A DNA stretch of 64,000 nucleotides from Squalus acanthias (GCA_030390025.1 JASTWF010000034.1:1178001-1242000), one strand, 5' to 3'. Counted from the stretch's first letter, positions 36,796 through 50,050 are shown. Numbers and translations are program-made. Notes: generated by a model from the letters alone, not told the origin.

Positions 36796-38141
36796 GTTTG
36801 ATACAGAGTAAAGCTTCCTCCACACTGTTCCATCAAACCTGTCCAGGACAGGCACAACACGGGTTAGATACAGAGCAAAGAGCCCTCTACAGTGTCAAAT
36901 CAAACACTGCCAGGGCAGGTACAGCGTAGGTTAGATACAGAGTAAAGCTCCCTCTGCATTATCCCATCAAACACACCCAGGGCAGTTGCAGCACAGGTTA
37001 GATACAGAGTAAAGCTCCATTTACACTGTCCCATCAAACACTCCCAGTGCAGGTACAGCACGGTTTCGATACAGAGTAAGGCTCCCTCTACACTATTCCA
37101 TCAAATCGCTCCCAGGACACGTATAACACGGGTTAGATGCAGTGTAAAGCTCCCTCTTCACAGTCCCATGGAACACTCTCAGGACAGGTTGAGACCATGT
37201 TTGATACTGGTAAAGTTGACTCTAGACTTTCCCCTCAAACTCTACCAGGACATTTTCACACAGGTTAGATACAGAGTAAATCTCACTCTACACTGCCTCA
37301 TCAAACACTCCCACAGGAGGTTCAAAATATGTTTGACACAGAGTAAAGTTCCCTCTACACTGTCCCATTAAACTCTCACAGGGCAGGTACAGCACAGGTT
37401 AGATACAGAGTAAAGTTCATCTCTGCATTGTCTCATCAAACACTCCCCTGGCAGGTTCAGACCACGTTTGATACAGTTTAGAGCTCCCTCAACACTGTCC
37501 CATCAAACCCGGCCAGGGCAGGTACAGCACTGGTTAGATACAGCACTGGTTAGATACAGAGTAAATCTCCCTGGACATTGTCCCATCCAACACTCCCAGG
37601 GCAGGTTCAAACAATGATTGGTAAAGAGTAAAGCTCTCACTACACTGTCCCATCAAACACTCCCAGGGCAGGTTCAAACAATGATTGGTAAAGAGTAAAG
37701 CTCTCACTACACTGTCCCATCGAACACTCCCAGGGCAGGTACAGCATGTGTTAGATACAGAGTAAAGCTCCCTCTACACTGTCCCATCAAACACTCCCAG
37801 GGCAGGTACAGCATGTGTTAGATACAGAGTAAAGCACCCTCTACACTGTCCCATCAAACACTCCCAGGGCAGGTACAGCACGGGTTAGATACAGAGTAAA
37901 GCTCCCTCTACACTGTCCCATCAAACACACCCAGGGCAGGTACAGCATGGGTTAGATACAGAGTAAAGCTCCCTCTACACTGTCCCATCAAACACTCCCA
38001 GGGCAGTTACAGCACGGGTTAGATACAGAGTAAAGCTCCCTCTACACTGTCCCATCAAACACTCCCAGGGAAGGTACAGTGGGTTAGATACAGAGTAAAG
38101 CTCCCTCTACACTGTTCCATCAAACACTCCCATGGCAGGTT

Positions 38142-38518
38142 CAAAAGTGAGAAGTCGCACAACACCAGGTTATAGTCCAACAGTTTTATTTGAAATCACT
38201 AGCTTTCGGAGCGCTGCTCCCTCGTCAGGTGAAGTAAAGGAATACGAATCGACAAAGCATATATAGATAGAGAACAATGCATGTGCAGCGTACAATGGCA
38301 GACGACTACATTTAATCCTCCTGACTGCCTTTTGTCACACCTCGGCAGAGAAACAATCAGGTCAGCCAGGAAGGCACCACATCAAAGACATAGCAAGATA
38401 CAACTGAGACAATGAGGTGGGGTCACAGGGGGTCAAATGTGTCAAAAGCTGCAGTCTGTATGGAAAACGATAAACTTTAAAATTTTTACGTATTTTTTTT
38501 ACTGGCTGACCTGATTGT
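38142..38518 (-). mobile_element. Penelope-like pseudo-LTR fragment (family 1 relative)
   Basis: aaaagtgagaagtcgcacaacaccaggttatagtccaacag as at 29936. Internal gacaatgagg...gtgtcaaaa resembles 13957-13996. Confidence 0.8.
38196..38232 (-). ncRNA. Minimal hammerhead ribozyme motif
   Basis: ucac CUGACGA g GGAGC-agc-GCUCC GAAA GCUA guga. Confidence 0.72.
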
Positions 38519-40110
38519 ATTGAGAGAGAGGAAGTACTAGCGGTTTTAGCGGGCTTAAAAGTGGATAAATCCCCAGGCCCTGACGGGATGTATCCCAGGC
38601 TGCTGTGTGAGGCAAGGGAGGAGACTGCAGGGACTCTGACACAAATTTTCAGAACCTCTGACCACAGGGGAGGTGCCAGAGGACTGGAGAACAGCTAACG
38701 TAGTACCATTGTTCAAGAAGGGTAGTAGGGATAAACCAGGGAATTACAGGCCAGTGAGCCTAACATCAGTGATAGGGAAATTATTGGAAAAAATTCTGAG
38801 GGATAGAATTAGTCTCCACTTGGAGAGGCAAGGATTAATCAGGGATAGTCAGCATGGCTTTGTCAGGGGGAGATCATATCTAACCAATTTGATTGAATTT
38901 TTTGAGGGGGTGACTGGGTGTGTGGATGAGGATAGTGCAGTTGATGTCGTCTACATGGTCTTCAGTAAGGCTTTTGATAAAGTCCCACATGGGAGACTGG
39001 TCAAGAAGGTAAGAGGCCATGGGATCCAGGGCAATTTGGCACATTGGATTCAAAATTGTCTTAGTGGCAGGAGGCAGATGGTGATGGTCGAAGGTTGTTT
39101 TTGTGACTGGAAGCCTGTGTCCAGTGGTGTACCGCAGGGATCGGTGCTGTGTCCTTTGCTGTTTGTAGTGTACATTAATGATTTAGATATGAATGTAAGT
39201 TCGCAGATGACACGAAAATTGGTGGAGTGCTAAATAGCGAGGAGGGAAGCCTCAGGCTACAGGACGATATAGGTGGGATGGTTAGATGGGCAGAACAGTG
39301 GCAAATGGAATTTAACCCTGAAAACTGTGAGGTGATGCATTTTGGGAGGACAAACAAGGCAAGGGAATACACAATGAATGGTAGGACCCTAAGAAGGACA
39401 GAGGATCAGAGGGCCCTTGGCGTGCATGTACATAGATCCATGAAGGCAGCAGGACAGGTAGATAAGGTGGTTAAAAAGGCATATTGGATACTTGCCTTCA
39501 TTAGCCGAGGCATAGAATATAAGAGCAGGGAGGTTATGATGGAGCTGTACAAAACGCTGGTTTGGCCACAGCTGGAATACTGTGTGCAGTTCTGGTCACC
39601 ACACTATAGGAGGGATGTGATTGCATTGGAGAGGGTGCAGAGGAGATTCACCTGGATGTTACCTGGGCTGGAGCGTTTCAGCTGTGAAGAGAGACTGGAC
39701 AGGATGGGGTTGTTTTCCTTAGAGCAGAGAAGGCTGAGGGGGGACCTGATTGAGGTGAACAAAATTATGAGGGGCATAGCTAGGGTGGATAAAAAGGAAA
39801 TTCTTCCCTTCGTAGAGGGGTCAATAACCAGGAGCATAGTTTCAAGGTAAGGGGCAGGAGGTTTAGAGGGGATTTGAGGCAAAACTTTTTCATCCAGAGG
39901 GTGGTTGGAATCTGGAACTCACTCCCTTAAAGGGTGGTAGAGGCAGGAACGCTCACAACATTGAAGAAGCATTTAGATGAGCACTTGAAACGCCATAGCA
40001 TACAAGGCTACGGAGCAAGTGCTGGAAAATGGGATTAGAATAGACAGGGCTTGATGGCCGGTGCAGACACGATGGGCCGAAGGGCCTCTTTCTGTGCTGT
40101 ATAACTCTAT
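38519..40110 (+). mobile_element. CR1 family A RT and 3' end
   Basis: ORFs 38673-39233 and 39227-39850; tail ctgtgctgtataactctat. Confidence 0.93.
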
Positions 40111-42295
40111 AAACACTTCAGCGCAGGTACAGCACGGTTTAAATACAGAGTAAAGCCCCCTCAATAACGTCCCATCAAACATTCCCAGGACAGGAACAGC
40201 AGGGTTAGAAACAGAGTCAAGCTCACTCTACAATGTCCCATCAAACATTCCCAGGGCAGGCACAGCAGGGGTTAGGTACAGAGTAAAGCTCCCTCTACAC
40301 TGTCCCATCAAACACTCCCAGGGCAGGTACAGAATGTTTCAGATTCAGAGTAAAGCTGTCACTAAACTGTCCCATCAAAATCTCACAGGGCAGGTACAGC
40401 ACAGGTTAGATACAGAGTAAAGTTCCCTCTACAATGGCCCAACAAACTCTCACAGGGCAGGTACAGCACAGGTTAGATACAGAGTAAAGCTCCCTCTAAA
40501 CTGTCCCATCAAACACTCCCAGGACAGGTACAGCACGGGTTAGATACAGAGTAAAGCTCATCTCTGCACGGTACCATCAAACACTCCCTTGGCTAGTTCA
40601 GACCATGTTTTATACAGGGTCGAGCTCCCCCTGCACTGTCCCTTCAAACCCGGCCAGGACAGGCAGACCACGAGTTAGACACAGAATAAAGCTGCATCAA
40701 CACTGTCCCATCGAACACTCCCAGGACAGGTACAGCACGGGTTAGATACAGAGTAAAGCGATCTCTGCACTGTCCCATCAAACACTCCCAGGGCAGGTAC
40801 AGCACGGGTTAGATACAGAGTAAAGCGCTCTCTGCACTGTCCCATCAAACTCTCCCAGGGCAGTTACAGCATGGGTAAGATACAGAGTAAAGCTCCCTCT
40901 ACACTATCCCATCAAACACTCGTAGGGCAAGTACTGCAAGGATTAGAAACAGAATAAAGCTCCCTCTACCATGTCCCATCAAACACACCCAGGGCAGTTT
41001 TAGCACAGGTTAGATACAAAGTAATTCTCACTCTACACTGTCCCATCAAACACTCACAGGGCAGGTGCAGCACGGGTTCGATACAGAGTAAGCTCCCTCT
41101 ACACTGTCCCATCAAACACTCCCAGCGCAGGTACAGCACGGGTTAGATACAGAGAAAAGCTCCTTCTTCAATGTCCCATCAAACATTTAAAGGGCATGTA
41201 CAGCAGGGGTTAGAAACAGAGTAAAGCCCCCTCGACACTGACCCATCAAACTCCCCCATGGCAGGTACAGCACGGTTAAGATACAGAGTAAAGCTCCCTC
41301 GACACTGTCCCATTGAACAATCCCAGGGCAGGTACAGCACGGTGTAGATACAGAGTGAAGCTTCCTCTTAACTGTCCCAGCAAACACTCCTCGGGCAGGT
41401 TCAGACCACGTTTGATACAGAGTAAAGCTCCCTCCACACTGTCCCATCAATCTCCCCCATGGCAGGTACAGCACGGTTAAGATACAGAGTAAAGCTCCCT
41501 TTCCACTATCCCATCAAACCCGTCCAGGACAGGCAGAACACGAGTTAGACACAGAGTAAAGCTACATCAACACTGTCCAATTTATCACTACCAGGGCAGG
41601 TACAGCATGGGTTAGACACAGAGTAAAGCTGCATCAACACTGTCCAATTTATCACTACCAGGGCAGGTACAGCATGGGTTAGATACAGAGTAAAGCTTCC
41701 TCTACACTGTCCCATCAAACAACCCCAGGGTAGGTACAGCACCGGTTAGATACAGAGTAAAGATCCCTCTACACTGTCCGATCAAAAACTCCCAGGGCAG
41801 GTTCAGACCAGGTTTGATAGAGTAAAGCTCTCTCTACACTGTCCCATTAAACCCATCCAGGACATGCAGAACACGAGTAAGACAGATTAAAACTCCCTCG
41901 ACACTATCCCATCAAACTCTCTCAGAGCAGGCACAGCATGTGTTAGATGCAGACTAAAGCTGCCTCTACAGTGTCCCATCAGACCCTTCCAAGACAGGCA
42001 CAACTCGAGTTAGACACAAAGTAAAGTTGCATCAACACTGGCCCATCAAACACTCCCAAAGCAGGTGCAGCATGGATTAGATACAGATTAAAGATCCGTT
42101 TACACTTTCCCATCAAACTCTCCCAGGGCAGGTAAAGCACAGGGTAGATACAGAGTGAACCTCCCTCTACAATGTAACATCAAACACTCTCAGGGCAGGT
42201 ACAGCAGGGGTTAGATACAGAGAAAAACTCTCTACACTGTCCCATCAAATAATCCCAGGGCAGGTTCAGACAATGTTTGGTCCAGAGTAAAGCTC

Positions 42296-43988
42296 TGAAA
42301 TGAATATTTTGCATCTGTGTTCACTGTGGAGAAGGACGATGGAGGCATAGAAATCAGGCAGTGGGATTGTGATATACTTGAACAAATTAGTATTGAGGGG
42401 GAGGAGGTACTAGCGGTTTTAACGGGCTTAAAAGTGGATAAATCCCCAGGCCCTGACGGGATGTATCCCAGGCTGCTGTGTGAGGCAAGGGAGGAGATTG
42501 CAGGGGCTCTGACACAAATTTTCAGAACCTCTCTGACCACAGGGGAGGTGCCAGAGGACTGGAGAACAGCTAACGTAGTACCATTGTTCAAGAAGGGTAG
42601 TAGGGATAAACCAGGGAATTACAGGCTAGTGAGCCTAACATCAGTGATAGGGAAATTATTGGAAAAATTCTGAGGGACAGAATTAGTCTCCACTTGGAGA
42701 GGCAAGGATTAATCAGGGATAGTCAGCATGGCTTTGTCAGGGGGAGATCATATCTAACCAATTTGATTGAATTTTTTGAGGGGGTGACTAGGTGTGTGGA
42801 TGAGGATAGTGCAGTTGATGTCGTCTACATGGTCTTCAGTAAGGCTTTTGATAAAGTCCCACATGGGAGACTGGTCAAGAAGGTAAGAGGCCATGGGATC
42901 CAGGGCAATTTGGCTCATTGGATTCAAAATTGGCTTAGTGGCAGGAGGCAGATGGTGATGGTCGAAGGTTGTTTTTGTGACTGGAAGCCTGTCTCCAGTG
43001 GTGTACCGCAGGGATCGGTGCTGGGTCCTTTGCTGTTTGTAGTGTACATTATAATGATTTAGATATGAATGTAAGTTCGCAGATGACAGGAAAATTGGTG
43101 GAGTGGTAAATAGCGAGGAGGGAAGCCTCAGACTACAGGACGATATAGGCGGGATGGTTAGATGGGCAGAACAGTGGCAAATGGAATTTAACACTGAAAA
43201 GTGTGAGGTGATGCATTTTGGGAGGACAAACAAGGCAAGGGAATACACAATGAATGGTAGGACCCTAGGAAGGACAGAGGATCAGAGGGCCCTTGGCGTG
43301 CATGTATATAGATCCCTGAAGGCAGCAGGACAGTTAGATAAGGTGGTTAAAAAGGCATATTGGATACTTGCCTTCATTAGCCGAGGCATAGAATATAAGA
43401 GCAAGGAGGTTATGATGGAGCTGTACAAAACGCTGGTTAGGCCACAGCTGGAATACTGTGTGCAGTTCTGGTCACCAGACTATAGGAGGGACGTGATTGC
43501 ATTGGAGAGGGTGCAGAGGAGATTCACCAGGATGTTACCTGGGCTGGAGCATTTCAGCTGTGAAGAGAGACTGGAAAGGATGGGGTTGTTTTCCTTAGAG
43601 CAGAGAAGGCTGAGGGGGAACCTGATTGAGGTGTACAAAATTATGAGGGGCATAGCTAGGGTGGATAAAAAGGAAATTCTTCCCTTCGTAGAGGGGTCAA
43701 TAACCAGGGGGCATAGTGTCAAGGTAAGGGGCAGAAGGTTTAGAGGGGATTTGAGGCAAAACTTTTTCACCCAGAGGGTGGTTGAAATCTGGAGCTCACT
43801 CCCTTAAAGGGTGGTAGAGGCAGGAACGCTTACAACATTCAAGATGCATTTAGATGAGCACTTGAAACGCCATAGCTTACAAGGCTACGGACCAAGTGCT
43901 GGAAAATGGGATTAGAATAGACAGGGCTTGATGGCCGGTGCAGACACGATGGGCTGAAGGGACTCTTTCTGTGCTGTATAACTCTATA
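42296..43988 (+). mobile_element. CR1 family A RT and 3' end (duplicate of 38519-40110)
   Basis: ORFs 42317-42673, 42694-43062, 43103-43807; same tail and same private mutations. Confidence 0.93.
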
Positions 43989-44476
43989 AACAATCCAGGG
44001 CAGGTACAGCACGGTTTAGATACAGAGTAAAGACCCATCAATAACGTCCCATCAAACACTCCCAGGGCGGGTACAGCACGGGTTACATAAAGAGTAAAGC
44101 TCCCTCTACACTGTCGCATCAAACATTCCCAGGGTAGGCACAGCAGGGGTTAGAAACAGAGTCAAGCTCCCTCTACAATGTCCCATCAAACATTCCCAGA
44201 GCTGGCACAGCAGTGGTTAGATTCAGAGTAAAGCTCTCTCCACACTGTCGCATCAAACACTCCCACTACAGGTACAGCACAGGTTAGACACATAGTAAAG
44301 CTGCCTCTACACTGTCCCATCAAACACTCCCAGGGCAGGTTCAGACCACGTGTGATACAGTGTAAAGCTCCCTCTACACTGTCCCATCAAACACTCCAAG
44401 GGCAGGTAAAGCACGGGTTAGATAAAGAGTAAAGCTCCCTCTACAATGTCCCATCAGACATTCCTAGGGCAGGTAG

Positions 44477-45178
44477 ACCAGTAGTAGGGAAAATGCTGGA
44501 ATCTATTATAAAGGATGCAATAACTGGGCACTTAGAAACTAATAGTAAGATTGGGCAGAGTCAACATGGATTTATGAAAGGGAAATCCTGTTTGACAAAC
44601 ATATTGGAGTTCTTTGAGGATGTAACTAGTGGAGCAGACAAAGGGGAACCGGTAGATGTGGTGTATCTGGATTTGCATAAGACCTTCGATAAGGTCCCAC
44701 ACAAGAGGTTGGTGAACAAAATAAGGGCACATTGAATTGGGGGTAATATACTAGCATAGTTTGAGAATTGGTTAACAGACAGAAAACAAAGAGTAGGGAA
44801 AAACGGGTCTTTTTCAGGATGGCAGGCTTCGACTAGTGGAGTACAGCAAGGATCGGTGCTTGGGCCCCAGCTATTCACAATCTATACCAAGGATTTGGAT
44901 GAGGGGACTAAATGTAACATTTCCAAATTTGCTGATGGCACAAAGCTAGGTGGCAGTGGTAGTTTTGAAGAAGAGGTGAAGAGACTTCAAGGGGATCTCA
45001 AATGGCTCAGTGAGGGGCGTGAACATGGCAGATGGAATATAGTGTCGATAAATGTGAAGTTATCCAGTTTGGTAGACAAAACAGAAAGGCAGAGTATTTC
45101 CCAAATGGTGAAAGATTGGGGAACGCAGATGCACAAAGTGACCTGGGTGTCCTTGTACATGAGTCATTGAAAGTGAAA
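44477..45178 (+). mobile_element. Internal CR1 RT fragment in the satellite
   Basis: ORFs 44493-44735 ([14 protein letters not shown]) and 44856-45170 (KFADGTK). Confidence 0.87.
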
Positions 45179-45798
45179 GTGCAGAGTAAAGCTTCCTCCA
45201 CACTGTCCCATCAAACACTCCCAGGGCAGGTTCAGACCATGTTTGATACAGAGTAATGCTCCCTCTTCACTGTCCCATCAAACTTTCCCAGGGCAAGTAC
45301 AGCGGGAGATAGAAACAGAGTAAAGCTCCCTCTACACTATCCCATCAGACACGCCCAGGACACATTCAGACCAAGTGTGATACAGTGTAAAGCGCCCTTT
45401 ACACTGTCCCATCAAACCCGTCTAGGACAGAGAGAACACGAGTTAGACAGAGTAAAGCTCCCTCTACACTGTCCAATCAAACAATCCCAGGGCAGGTACA
45501 GCACGGGTTAGATACACAGTAAAGCTCCCTCTACTCTGTCCCATCGAACGCTCCCAGGGCAGGTGCAGCACGGATTAGATACAGAGTAAAGCATCCTCTA
45601 CACTGTCCCATCAAATCACTCCCAGGACACGTATAATACAGGTTAAATGCAGAGTAAAACTGCATGCATATTGGCCCATCAAACCCTTCCAGGTCAGGCA
45701 CAACAAGAGTTAGATACAGAGTTAAGCTCCCTCTGCAGTGTCCCATCAACACTCGCAGGGCAGGTACAGTACACGTCAGATCCAACATAAAGCTCCCT

Positions 45799-46150
45799 CA
45801 CTAGAAGGAGACACACCGCGGGACACACTCACTGGAAGGAGACACACCGCAGGACCCACTCACTGGAAGGAGACACCGCGGGACACACTCACTGGAAGTA
45901 GACACACCGCGGGTCACACTCACTGGAAGGAGACACACCGCGGGACACACTCACTGTAAGGAGGCACCGCGGGACACACTCACTGGAAGGAGACACCGCG
46001 GGACACTGTCACTGGAAGGAGACACACCGCGGGACACACTCACTGGAAGTAGACACACCGTGGGACACACTCACTGGAAGGAGGCACCGCGGGACACACT
46101 CACTGGAAGGAGACACACCGCGGGACACACTCACTGGAAGGAGGCACACG
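45799..46150. repeat. 29-31 bp minisatellite, about 12 copies
   Basis: Unit cactggaaggagacacaccgcgggacacact. Confidence 0.92.
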
Positions 46151-46239
46151 ATGAGAAGGGCGGGGCCCAGGGGCGAGGGATGGGCCCGGGGGCGAGGTCG
46201 ATGCCCAGGAGTGGCGCAGCGGGGTCGGGAGGACCACAC

Positions 46240-48720
46240 TGCAGCCTATGAAACCCAGGCAGAGAGGACCTGCGAGAAGAGGGAGGAGGACAGTAGGAGT
46301 GGGTTTGTGTGTGTGTGCTCGGCCGATGTAGCAGAGCCTGGTCTCCAATCGTCTTGGATCCCCTTGCCATTGGACCAAGACCTTGCTCTGTCATGCCTGT
46401 GTGGTAGCTGGTGTGCAACGGCCACCCCACGTTAAAAGAATTCACGCCATAATCAGCACCTGCGAAGAGACGCTCGGTCACTCGACCAGGAAAAATCAAG
46501 ACTGGTTCAACAAGAACGACCAGGAGATCCAGGAGCTAATAAATCGCAAGGGCAAGGCATTGCTGATCTGGAAACAGTAACAGAACTCGAGAGCCAGAAA
46601 GCTGCTCTACAGACATTGAAGGCCGAGGTCCAACAAAAAGCTCGTGACCTAAGAACAGATGGTGGGTGGAGAAAGCGCAGGAGATCCAGCAGCTGGCCGA
46701 CAACCACGACGTGCGTGGATTCTTTAGCGCATTCAAGACCACCTACGGCCCAAGCACCCATGGTCCTACCCCACTGCGGACTAAGAATGGAGAGGTGCTC
46801 ATCAAGGACAGAGAGGCAGACAGAGCCCGCTGGAAGGAGCACTTCGAAGATCTCCTTGACGGAAACTCTGTCTTCGATGCGAGTGTCCTCAACTCCATCC
46901 CGCAGCATGCTACCCGCAACCATCTCAGCACAACCTCAGTCCGGCATGTGGTTGAAAAGGCCATCCGACAACTGAAGAACAACAAGGCCTCAGGAGCAGA
47001 TGGAATCCCCGCCGATGCGCTAAAACATGTTGAAGAAGTACTATTGGTGCGAATACATGGACTCATTTCTCTTATTTGGAAGGAGGTGAGCATGCCAGGG
47101 GATGTCAGAGTGGTCGTAATCGTGACCATCTTCAAGAAAGGTGACAAGTCTGATTGTGGTAATTACAGAGCAGTCTCTCTGCTGTCTGCAACAGGGAAAG
47201 TCATCGCAAGAATCCTCCTCAATCGCCTTCTCCCAGTGGCTGAAGAGCTCCTCCCAGAGTCGCAATGCGGATTACGCCCACTAATGGGCACGATGAACAT
47301 GATCTTCGCCGCACGTCAATTACAAGAGAAATGCAGGGAACAGCACCAACCGCTGTACATGGTCTTCTTTGACCTCATAAAGGCCTTCGACACCATCAAC
47401 CGTGAGGGATTATGGAGTATCCTCGTCAAATACAGCTGCCCTCAAAAGTTTGTCACCATCCTCCGCCTGCTTCACGACGACATTCATGCTGTAATCCTGA
47501 CAAACAGATCCACCAGAGACCCAATTCATGTACGGACTGGGGTCAAGCAAGGCTGTGTCATCGCAACAAAGCTCTTCTCGTTCTTCCTGGCTGCAATGCT
47601 CCATCTCACCCTCAGTAAGCTCTGCGCCGGAGTGGAGCTAATCTACAGAACAAATGGAAAAACTGTTCAAATTCGATCGCCTCCAGTCCAGATCCAAGGT
47701 CGTTCCATCCTCTGTCATCGAATTACAGTATACAGACGACGCCTGCATCTGTGCTCACTCAGCAGTCGAACTCTAAACCATCGTCAACATCTTCACCGAA
47801 GCGTACGAGAGCATGGGCCTTACACTAAACATCCGTAAGAGAAAGGTCCTCCACCAACCCGCCACAAGTACTGCTCCCCCATTATCAAAATCCATGACGA
47901 GGCCTTGGACAACGTGGACCACTTTCCATATCTCAGGAGCCTACCGTCAACAAGGGGAGACGTCGATGACAAAGTCCAACACCGCCTTCAGTTAGCCAGT
48001 GCAGCCTTCGGTCGCCTGAGGAAGAGAATGTTTAAAGACCAGGACCTCAAACCCAGCCCCAAGCTCATGGTCTGCAGAGCAGTAGTGATACCCAACCTCC
48101 TGTATGCTTCAGAGACATGGACCATGTACAGCAGGTACCTCAAAGCACTGGAGAGGTACCACCAATGCTGCCTCCACAAGATCCTGCAAATCCATTGGCA
48201 GGATAGGCGCACCAACGTCAGTGTTCTCGCTCAGGCCAACATCCCCAGCATCGAAGCTTTGACCACGCTCGATCAGCTCCGATGGCCGGGCCACATCGTC
48301 CGCATGCCCGATAAGAGACTTCCAAAATTAGCGCTCCACTCGGAGCTCCGGCACCGCAAGAGAGCCCCAGGTGGGCAGAGGAAACGCTTCAAGGACACTC
48401 TCAAAGCCTTCTTGAAAAAGTGCAACATCCCCAGCGACACCTGGGAATCCCCGGGCCAAGACCGCACAAAGTGGAGGGAAAGCATCCGGGAAGGCGCCGA
48501 ATACTTCGAGTCTCTTCGCCGGGAGCAAGCGGAAGACAAGCCCAAACAGCGTAAGGAGCGCACGTCAACCCAAGCACCCCACACACCCGCCCCTTCAACC
48601 ACCGTCTGCCCCACCTGTGACAGAGACTGTAGGTCCCGCATTGGACTCATCAGTCACCTGAGAACTCATTTTTAGTGTGGAAGCAAGTCATCCTCGTTTC
48701 CGAGGGACTGCCTAAGAAGA
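46240..48720 (+). mobile_element. RTE-clade LINE lacking the endonuclease region
   Basis: ORFs 46666-47838 (KASGADGIP, LPESQCG, DLIKAFD, GVKQGCV) and 47905-48675 (LLYASETWT, LRWPGHIVRM, C-terminal CPTC...SRIGLISHLRTH); aaga-repeat tail. 5' boundary uncertain. Confidence 0.88.
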
Positions 48721-48862
48721 CTCTGTGAATCCATCTGTGGAGTCCCTAAGTATAGACCCACTCTGTGACTCCATCTGTGGAGTCCCTAAGTATAGACCCA
48801 CTCTGTGACACCATCTCTGGAGTCCCTTTCAGTACAGGCGCACTCTGTGACACCATCTGTGT
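48721..48862. repeat. 40-bp tandem repeat, about 3.5 copies
   Basis: ctctgtgactccatctgtggagtccctaagtatagaccca. Confidence 0.85.
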
Positions 48863-48919
48863 GAGTGTTCGATCCATTCTGTTTCTGTCAGTCTCTGGTG
48901 CGGTGGGATCCCAAAGCTC

Positions 48920-49450
48920 TCATCAAATACCTCCAGGGCAGTACAGTGGGTTAGATACAAAGTTCAGCTCCCTCTACGCTGCCCCACCAAACAGTCCCAG
49001 AGCAGGTACAGCACGGGTTAGATACCGAGTAAAGCTCCCTCTACACTGCCCATCAAACATTCCCAGGGCAGTTACAGCACGGGTTAGATACAGAGTAAAG
49101 CTCATTCTACACTGTCCCACCAAACACTCCCACGGCAGGTACAGCACGGGTTAAATACAGAGTAAAGCTCCCTCTACATTGCCCCACCAAACATTCCCAG
49201 GGCAGGTACAGCACGGATTAGATACAGAGTAAAGTTACCTCCAATTTGGTTCATCAACACAACCAACTCTGATTCATCATATGTTCAATGCAGCGTACAG
49301 CTCCCTGTACACTACCCAATGAAGCACAACCAGCTCGGGTACAGCATGGGGTCAATACAGAATAAAGATCCCTCTACATGCAAGTGTCAAACACTCCCGG
49401 GTGAGTTACGGGCAAGGTTTATCTCCGAGTTAAGCTCCGCTCAACTTGCC
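48920..49450. repeat. 67-bp satellite, decaying edge
   Basis: Same unit and orientation as 34865-45800, progressively diverged towards 49450. Confidence 0.88.
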
Positions 49451-49559
49451 ACATCAAAGGCCGAGCCTGATGGCAGATGTTGAACAGCTCCCAGTATCTG
49501 GTTAGACTCTCACCTCAGCAAAATCCTGGACTGATGGGATTCTCAGTAAAGTTCCTCAC

Positions 49560-49730
49560 CTTTCCAATCATTGTTGAAGCGTCCCGTTTTATCCCGTCTC
49601 CGACACTGGGTTTCTCGATCCCACCAGATCTGCTCTGTGAAACCAGAGACATTTCTCCAGTCCCAGTGAGTGAGGCGATGATTCGACTTCTCTCTCTCCA
49701 CCTTCCTGAGATATTGCTCACTCCCAGAGA
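49560..49730 (-). other. Candidate 171-nt exon of an unidentified gene, copy 1
   Basis: Acceptor tttttgtattgacag and donor aag|gtgagg; duplicated without indels at 58909-59079. Confidence 0.45.
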
Positions 49731-50050
49731 CTGTCAATACAAAAATGATTCATATTAATCCCAAATCCAGTACCTGGAATACAGTTGAGCTGTTTTTGTG
49801 ACTGGGATTGTATCTAATTTCATTATATTTGCAATTAATGTGTATTTGAATTACTTACATTAATATTAAATTGTTCCTTTTAGCTGTCACTCCAGCTCCT
49901 CCCACACTGACATCCCACTGATGGGCCGTAACCAGGGGCGGGGCCCTGTCTCCAGGTGACATCACACAGGAGCAGGGAGCCAATCAATCAAAGAGCAGCC
50001 TGGAAAAATGTTAAAGCTGCCAAGCCCCTCCCAATCCCCCCGGGGCAGGT

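Larger units (their letters stand above)
34865..45800. repeat. 67-bp satellite array interrupted by LINE and Penelope insertions
   Basis: Unit gggttagatacagagtaaagctccctctacactgtcccatcaaacactcccagggcaggtacagcac; spurious ORFs recur at a 67-nt offset. Confidence 0.95.

Noticed and set aside
34865..45800. Regular repeats with intervening sequence resembling a CRISPR array
   Set aside because: Units are head-to-tail with no unique spacers, interruptions are LINE fragments, the context is eukaryotic and there are no cas genes.
46150..46446. HDV-like ribozyme at the RTE 5' end
   Set aside because: Known for some RTE elements, but I could not fit the nested double pseudoknot by eye; it needs a descriptor search.
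49543..49737. WWDRETQ resembling an MHC class I alpha-1 motif, and 171-nt length resembling NLR LRR exons
   Set aside because: The rest of the domain does not match, the tryptophans differ between the two copies, and the LRR-phase frame has stops.
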